A DNA stretch of 64,000 nucleotides, taken from assembly GCA_963726195.1 (NCBI GenBank), contig CAVSBO010000003.1:531970-595969 (forward strand), given 5' to 3'. Shown here one piece after another: positions 58,126-64,000 of this stretch. The stretch is from Candidatus Thorarchaeota archaeon. GTDB lineage: Archaea; Asgardarchaeota; Thorarchaeia; Thorarchaeales; Thorarchaeaceae. The notes under the pieces were generated by a model, which was not told the DNA's origin, ran no database searches, and was given only the letters and a program-made list of their open reading frames with translations. The position numbers were made by a program, and so were the translations under genes. Position 1 is the first letter of the stretch. Each line of letters starts with the position of its first letter.

Positions 58126-59319
58126 ATGGCAAGAACCATCGGCATAATCGGCAACGGCGTGACTGCAGTCACTGCAACACGTGAAATCGCACGTATTGAT
58201 TCGAGTGCGAAAATCGACGTTTTCACTGACGAACGGCATGCATACTATCCCAGACCTAGACTCATAGACTACATAGCTGGTCACGTGAACGAACAGGACA
58301 TAATTCAGTACGATCAGGATTGGTACGAGAAGCATGGCGCACACCTTCATCTCTCTCAAGCAGCTGTGAAAGTGGACCCCCAGACAAGAAGCATAGTCAC
58401 CGAGTCCTCCAGTCATTCGGGCTACGATGCTGTTCTGATTGGAGTTGGAAGCTATCCATTTGTGCCCCCGATTCAGGGCATGGACAAACGAGGTGTGCAC
58501 GTCCTCAGGACCTTAGACGATGCAATAACGATTCGGGACACAGTAGCGAGTTCAAGGCAGGTGATCGTAGTCGGAGGAGGAATCCTTGGAATAGAACTCG
58601 CCGCTGCAATTAAAGAATCGGGTCAGGAGCCGATTGTTGTCACGAACATAGACACACTGCTACCCGCACAGTTAGATCGAAACGCAAGCGACCTGCTCGC
58701 GAAAAGACTCGAGAAGTTGGGCATAAGGGTGCTAACGAACTTCGCTTGCAAGCAGGTAACAGGAAATGAACAGGCTAGTGGTGTCATCTCAACAGCTGGG
58801 GGCACAGTTGATGGCGACATGATAGTTGCTGCTACGGGCGTCAAGCCGAATGTTGAGCTGGCGAAGACAACAGGTATTGGGATCGGCAAAGGCATAATCG
58901 TCGATGAAACAATGCAGACCTCCATTCCAAAGATCTTTGCGGCAGGCGACTGTATCGAATGGAAAGGAACCTACTACGGAATCATACCTGTAGCATTGGA
59001 GACCGCGAAAACCGCTGCACAGAACATGCTCAAGCTGGGTTCCAAGAAATACGAAGGCACTATTCCATCAAACACTCTGCAAGTTGCTGGCATAGACTTG
59101 ACTTCTATGGGTGTGTTCAATCCACAGACACCGGAGTACGAATCGTCAGTGCGAACCGACCCAAAGAGGGGAACATATCTCAAAGTTGTTAGCAAGGATG
59201 GTATTGCAGTTGGCGGCATTGCCTATGGTGACAGGAAGTTCGCCATCAAACTGAGAGGCTTGGTGATGAACCACAGGGACATATCAAAGCTCAAGAATAC
59301 CATATTCGATACGGAATGA
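58126..59319 (+). CDS. NAD(P)/FAD-dependent oxidoreductase (NADH:rubredoxin oxidoreductase/NirB-N-like)
   Basis: IIGNGVTA, LRTLDDA, VVGGGILGIE, ATGVKPN, FAAGDC. Confidence 0.88.
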   Translation: MARTIGIIGNGVTAVTATREIARIDSSAKIDVFTDERHAYYPRPRLIDYIAGHVNEQDIIQYDQDWYEKHGAHLHLSQAAVKVDPQTRSIVTESSSHSGYDAVLIGVGSYPFVPPIQGMDKRGVHVLRTLDDAITIRDTVASSRQVIVVGGGILGIELAAAIKESGQEPIVVTNIDTLLPAQLDRNASDLLAKRLEKLGIRVLTNFACKQVTGNEQASGVISTAGGTVDGDMIVAATGVKPNVELAKTTGIGIGKGIIVDETMQTSIPKIFAAGDCIEWKGTYYGIIPVALETAKTAAQNMLKLGSKKYEGTIPSNTLQVAGIDLTSMGVFNPQTPEYESSVRTDPKRGTYLKVVSKDGIAVGGIAYGDRKFAIKLRGLVMNHRDISKLKNTIFDTE

Positions 59320-59476
59320 TATTTCACTCTTGGGTTTCAGCCAAAGGCTGACGCCCTTTGTCTCCTTCAGAGTTTCCACATAACTCACGGAAACGGGACT
59401 ATTGCTGACTGTCATGAAATCTAGTAGTGAGAGCGGCATGCGTTCTAGTATTTCCATATCTCTCCCATGAAGTGCA

Positions 59477-59530
59477 CAAAGAAAAAGAAACGCGGAGGAA
59501 GCGTGCTCACTCGATGACTACATCCTCCGC
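59477..59530 (-). terminator. Hairpin plus T-tract downstream of the GH3 gene
   Basis: Minus strand GCGGAGGA...TCCTCCGC followed by GTTTCTTTTTCTTT. Confidence 0.45.
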
Positions 59531-59609
59531 TTTGCCCGTTCTCACGAATTGCGAGACCGGGAGGAAGACCGAGCGACAAACCAACTCAACGCAGACGATG
59601 TAAATCGCA

Positions 59610-61148
59610 TCAATCAGATGTGGCAAGTACCTGAGTATCGGTGGTCAGCGTCACGGGTTTGGCCTGTATGTGCGTTGCTCGAACAACCTTCTCGGAGTAT
59701 GAAGACTTCATGAGTGCAAGAGTCGTGGGACCAAGTGCACCCGACTCCCTTACTATGCGAAACTCCTCGCTATCCGCCATCAGCGCCTCTTCAAGAGCCA
59801 TCAGGAATTGAACCGTGTCGATATTCCTGTTACCCAGCATCAGAGCCAGTGTGTAGTGTGGAACCCCGTTCTCGACTAGACCTACCATGCAATAATCGGA
59901 GACCTGAACACCAGTCATTGAACATGCTGTGGCCATTGCTTTCGCAACATGCTTGTCGGAGAGCTTTTCGCCCGACATGCTCACAACCTTGCCTTTTCTT
60001 CCTATCGATCGAATCGTGTATGGGTCAGTGCTCGAGAACGTCACCATGTCACCAAGTCTGTACCTATAACATCCCGCATTGGTTGTCAGGACAATCTCGT
60101 AACGGAAACCCTTCCTAACCTCCAACAATGGTACGACCGTGGGGTCCGGTACGTCAACGTCACTCTCAGGAATAAACTCAAAGTAATTGAGGTTCGGAAG
60201 TAGCTGTACCCCAAGTTCTTCAAAGAGCTGACCTCCATAGACCCCTTCGGACCCTCCATACATATCAAGAAGCGTTGTTGTGGGGAGAGTCTTACTGATC
60301 CATTCTCTGTAGGGTGCGCAGTCTATTCCTGTTGCTGTCATCAATCGGAGGTTAGGCCACAAACCTTGCACGTCCAAAGTGCCATCATCGTCAATGAAAC
60401 GACGAATTCTCTCTTCATGACGAGTCCCCCTTAGGGTTTCGAGCAACCACGGACCATATTGGCTCTGCATCCGGCGAATCAATGCAAGCAATAGTGTGGT
60501 TATGCCCATTAGGGCAGTCACATTCTCCGTGGCAAGGAGTGTAGCGAAACGCCTCATTTTCTCATCAATATCCATGATATTGAAGACATCTTCGCCTGGT
60601 TTCATTAGTCGCTTCATTATTGGGTTCAGGTTCCGGGCTATGGCACCAGTCATGTAACCTACTGGGACGCCATTCATATAATCAACGACAGCCGGAGCGC
60701 CGAGTGTCACAAGGGATCCTTCAAACATCTTCGCATTTGCAGGGTCTCTGTTCACAAATGACAACAGAATGAGCATTGTCGCCTTGGACGAATCATCGGC
60801 TCCCCCTGTCGTCACGGGAATACACTTCGGCTTGCCCGTGGTTCCCGAAGTCTTATAGTAATGGATTACCGGGTCGGCCGTCAGAATATGTCCCTTTGGA
60901 TTGTCATATGTCATCTTCCAGTACGGTTCCATATCGTGGCAGTCGAACAGCGGGACCTTCGAAGAATACTCATCAGGATTTCTCAAAGAATCAAACCCGT
61001 ATCTCTTGCCAAAGACGGTCTCTTTGTGGCGAGCAAGCACCGACATCAGCTTCTCTTCAGTGAGCTCGATTGGATTACTGAGGATTCGCTCGATTTCTCT
61101 TGCCTTCCTCTTGGCCATTGTTGAAACAAGTTGTCTCATAATCGACAT
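59610..61148 (-). CDS. GH3-family acyl-adenylate-forming amido synthetase
   Basis: TSGTTGKPKCIP, YGGSEG, YFEFIP, YRYRLGD, GEKL. GGAGG lies upstream of ATG 61148. Confidence 0.85.
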   Translation of the reverse strand: MSIMRQLVSTMAKRKAREIERILSNPIELTEEKLMSVLARHKETVFGKRYGFDSLRNPDEYSSKVPLFDCHDMEPYWKMTYDNPKGHILTADPVIHYYKTSGTTGKPKCIPVTTGGADDSSKATMLILLSFVNRDPANAKMFEGSLVTLGAPAVVDYMNGVPVGYMTGAIARNLNPIMKRLMKPGEDVFNIMDIDEKMRRFATLLATENVTALMGITTLLLALIRRMQSQYGPWLLETLRGTRHEERIRRFIDDDGTLDVQGLWPNLRLMTATGIDCAPYREWISKTLPTTTLLDMYGGSEGVYGGQLFEELGVQLLPNLNYFEFIPESDVDVPDPTVVPLLEVRKGFRYEIVLTTNAGCYRYRLGDMVTFSSTDPYTIRSIGRKGKVVSMSGEKLSDKHVAKAMATACSMTGVQVSDYCMVGLVENGVPHYTLALMLGNRNIDTVQFLMALEEALMADSEEFRIVRESGALGPTTLALMKSSYSEKVVRATHIQAKPVTLTTDTQVLATSD

Positions 61149-61764
61149 CTGCGTGACTAGCCTCCAGACGCTTGGAACAGGGAGTCCCAAGCAGTGCTGC
61201 GGAATGCGACACACCCTGACAAATATCCCCAGCGCATCACGCGGAGCAGTATAATGCGAATCTCTACCAGCGTCTTGGATACTATGGAGCTCCCGAAATA
61301 GAAAATGCACTCTATTATTATGAATTCTTGACACCAACAGGTTATGACATGCGTTACGATATACTCATTACGGAGTTCCTCGATTATTCAGCATTCAGTC
61401 GTGATTACTAGAGTGTGAAGTCAGGAGATCCATGAAAACAACTCAAAATACCTACTAGCCCAGGCGCGCTTCTACGGCCTCAATGCACCGTAGGGCAGCA
61501 CGCTAGCGATATGCCCACAGACTCTGCAAACCCTTTCGATTCTCCGAATGCAAGGTGGTATCACAGGGCCTGCACTTCTCCGTAATCCCGTTGTTTGTAC
61601 GGCCATCTTGTACCCCCGATGCTATGAAAAAGCATCCTAATGACTCTACTGCATCTCAGCGTTCCTTTGGCATTCGCTTGGGTCTTCTCTGGTTCTATAC
61701 ATGTCCACGACGTTGCATCCTAACACCCAAGAATCCAGTAAGGAGTTGTGATCATGGTGAAGAA

Positions 61765-62517
61765 ATGATAGCCAAGTTAGAGGCTCAGCTGCTTTCGCTC
61801 AGCGCAGTTCGCAGAAACGGCGTCGGCACGGTGGATGTCACAGGCCCACTTCAAGTGATGTTGAACAACGGAGACCGTTGCATCGTCAATGCAAGACTCC
61901 GATATCATGGGCCAGACACTAGTTCGTGGCTTGCGGTGGTAGTCGGTCTCAGGAGTCGAATTCTCGCCCCATTCAGCAGGTTCGACAGCGAGAGAAACCA
62001 GTTCTTGCCTTGTGACATCCCCGGTCTGGTCCCCGCTTTAGCTCTCACGGTGGCCCATCAGGATTGCGGACTCGCAGTGAGTGCCATAGCACATGATACA
62101 TTCACCCACCTTGTCCTTGTGTTCGAAGGAGATGTAGCCGCCAAGGGAGGTAATCTGAGATCGCTCGCCACGTCTGTTTGGAGCTTCATGAAACGTTGGA
62201 CAGACTGGACGGATGTATTGCTGGCCACTGCTTCGCGTGATCCATCAGTAGCTCAGTGGAACGTGGACTGGCGTGAATTCCTCGCTGGAGAGTCAGGGTT
62301 CGTGACCATGCCCTGGTTCAAACCGATGAATTACTCAGAGAGAGCTCTTGGGCTAGAGACAATCGTGGCGGCCTCTAAGTCTCTCTTGGCATCTGTTCTC
62401 AGCCAAGCTCAGATGGAGGATTCTGCAATTCGAACACTCACTTCTTGGCTGTATCAACTCGCACCACTTGTAGAGATTGTCGGGGGAATGGAAGCGGCAG
62501 AGGAGGCTGAAGTCTAA
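61765..62517 (+). CDS. Hypothetical protein (first gene of the RadA-paralog operon)
   Basis: 250-aa ORF with GGTGA RBS before ATG 61765; no recognisable motif. Confidence 0.65.
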   Translation: MIAKLEAQLLSLSAVRRNGVGTVDVTGPLQVMLNNGDRCIVNARLRYHGPDTSSWLAVVVGLRSRILAPFSRFDSERNQFLPCDIPGLVPALALTVAHQDCGLAVSAIAHDTFTHLVLVFEGDVAAKGGNLRSLATSVWSFMKRWTDWTDVLLATASRDPSVAQWNVDWREFLAGESGFVTMPWFKPMNYSERALGLETIVAASKSLLASVLSQAQMEDSAIRTLTSWLYQLAPLVEIVGGMEAAEEAEV

Positions 62518-62518
62518 C

Positions 62519-62986
62519 ATGATGTGTGAAGATGAATGTCGAAACCTTCCGAGATTGACTGTAGAGATCATGGGGCCCTCATGGATAGCCGGAGCAGTGA
62601 CCGGCATCAAAGCGTCCAGAAGACGAAGCACGGATTGGATTTGGGAATGTTTCGTCGAGGAGTTGTATGACACAGTCGAGCGGATGGGAGGAATTCAACC
62701 AGCCGAACCAGCCAGCTCACCGGCGGACGAGGACGGCTTCGCGGGCTCAGCATACGACACGCTGGGGGGTTACGTGAGCACAGCAGGCGAAATCCGTTCT
62801 CAGGGACTCTACTTCAGTCTCTCTCCGAAACACTATGAGAACGTTATGAGCCTGCTTCCGGACTTTGTGATGCTCAGGGCAAGAGGTGGTCTCATTGTGC
62901 CACACTATGAACTACGTTCCTTCCTGAATCTCGTGCCTGTGAACGGGCCGTTGTTGGACCAACTAGCCGAGGGGGGCATGCAATGA
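62519..62986 (+). CDS. Hypothetical protein (second gene of the operon)
   Basis: ATG 1 nt after the upstream TAA, GGAGG RBS, and an ATGA overlap with the RadA-like gene. Confidence 0.65.
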   Translation: MMCEDECRNLPRLTVEIMGPSWIAGAVTGIKASRRRSTDWIWECFVEELYDTVERMGGIQPAEPASSPADEDGFAGSAYDTLGGYVSTAGEIRSQGLYFSLSPKHYENVMSLLPDFVMLRARGGLIVPHYELRSFLNLVPVNGPLLDQLAEGGMQ

Positions 62987-64000
62987 CAGAGCTTGAGGCG
63001 GTATCAGGAGTCGGGCCTGCAGTTGCCAAGAAACTGCGAGAAGTGTTTGTGACAACAGCTGAACTTCTAGCTGTGCAGAATCATGTGGACTTGCAGAACA
63101 AGACCAAGATGGGAGAAGGCACCGCTCTGAAGATCATACGAAACGCCAGACAATTGGTTGGGCTTTGCGGTTTCAAATCCGGTCTCGAAATCGAGCAAGA
63201 GATGTCGAGCAAGCCTAGGTTGAGTGTGGGAATCGACAAGGCAAATGCAGCACTTCTTGGCGGAATTGAAACAGGTTCGGTCGTGGAGTTCTACGGTGCT
63301 GCCCGAAGTGGGAAGACACAGTGGTGCGGTCAACTTGCTGTTATGGTTCAGCTACCCAAGGAAAAGGGAGGACTTGAAGGCCGTGTGCTTTGGCTGGACA
63401 CGGAGAGCTCCTTCAAACCATGGATTATCCGGGCAAACGCAGTGCGGTTTGGTCTGGACCCGGATGTTGCCTTGGGAAACATAGGTCATGCTCACATCGT
63501 AATGACTGAACAGATGACGCAGCTGTTTGAGAATATACCGCAGCTGTGCGCGGAGCAAGACTACAAGCTCGTAGTGATTGACTCATTGACTGGACTGTTC
63601 AGAGCTGAATACACCGGGCTTGAGCTACTGAGAGTGAGGCAGCAGGAAATGAACAGCCTCCTCAATCTGATGAGACGAACTGGTACCGCGACTGGCACAA
63701 TCTTCTGCTACACCAACCAGGTCATGGCGAGCATGGGGACATTCAGGTCGAACCCGAACTCGCCCGTTGGCGGGCACATACTCTCGCACGCTTCTGACTA
63801 TAGGTTCTACGTCAAGAAGAAGCTGAAGGATGTGAGGGGTCTTCAGCTTCAAGATAATGCTGGAATACCCGAATTCGATCTTGATGTTGTCATTGGTTGG
63901 GGAGGGTTTTACACAGATGCGAAAACGAAGAAGAAACTCGAAGCAGACGTTCTAGAGTATCTTAGGAAAACCGGCTGGAACCCTGAGATCGCAGAGAGTG
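62983..64000 (+). CDS. RadA/Rad51-family recombinase paralog (3' end runs off the window)
   Basis: Manual translation: HhH N-domain LEAVSGVGPAVAKKL, LLGGIETG, Walker A GAARSGKT, VQLPKEKGGLEG, LDTE, Walker B LVVIDS, FRAEY, RQQ, TNQV, GGHILSHAS. No stop before 64000. Confidence 0.9.
   Translation, partial: MTELEAVSGVGPAVAKKLREVFVTTAELLAVQNHVDLQNKTKMGEGTALKIIRNARQLVGLCGFKSGLEIEQEMSSKPRLSVGIDKANAALLGGIETGSVVEFYGAARSGKTQWCGQLAVMVQLPKEKGGLEGRVLWLDTESSFKPWIIRANAVRFGLDPDVALGNIGHAHIVMTEQMTQLFENIPQLCAEQDYKLVVIDSLTGLFRAEYTGLELLRVRQQEMNSLLNLMRRTGTATGTIFCYTNQVMASMGTFRSNPNSPVGGHILSHASDYRFYVKKKLKDVRGLQLQDNAGIPEFDLDVVIGWGGFYTDAKTKKKLEADVLEYLRKTGWNPEIAES

Noticed and set aside
59507-59519. 13-nt reverse-complement match (GTCATCGAGTGAG) to the in-frame TGA site at ~16002-16014, as a possible antisense guide
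   Set aside because: 13-mer matches between some pair of sites are expected by chance in 64 kb, and this copy sits in a terminator-like hairpin loop.
1-64000. CRISPR array, rRNA, tRNA or prophage
   Set aside because: No regularly spaced repeats, rRNA/tRNA signatures, integrase or virion genes were seen.

Overview
This is archaeal chromosomal DNA, most likely from an Asgard archaeon (Thorarchaeia-like). That call is inferred from single and tandem roadblock proteins, TATA-like promoters, T-tract terminators, GGTGA/GGAGG ribosome-binding sites, a RadA-family gene and the overall gene content. The window is densely coding (~60 genes). 0-18 kb is an anaerobic catabolic island: two FAD-oxidoreductase/CCG Fe-S pairs, SCP2, KDPG aldolase, KDG kinase, a diol-dehydratase-type glycyl radical enzyme, an aminotransferase, an RraA aldolase, a UroD-family protein and a SAMP/MoaD protein, interrupted by a solo TnpB element. 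19-33 kb is a second catabolic island: APC permease, two DUF917 paralogs around a divergent metallophosphoesterase/nucleotidyltransferase pair, a racemase, an MFS transporter, an LLM oxidoreductase and AOR plus ferredoxin. 33-61 kb is mixed housekeeping and envelope genes, including an orphan N6-methyltransferase, a site-1-protease-like subtilase divergent from a CPBP protease, glmS, an ATP-grasp ligase, a DMT-AsnC fusion and GH3. The window ends in a coupled operon of two unknown proteins and a divergent RadA/Rad51 paralog that the ORF track misses because it runs off the end. About ten genes have single-base frameshifts and two have in-frame TGA codons, which most likely reflects an error-prone assembly. 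I saw no rRNA, tRNA or CRISPR array. All family assignments come from motif recognition by eye; no database searches were run.
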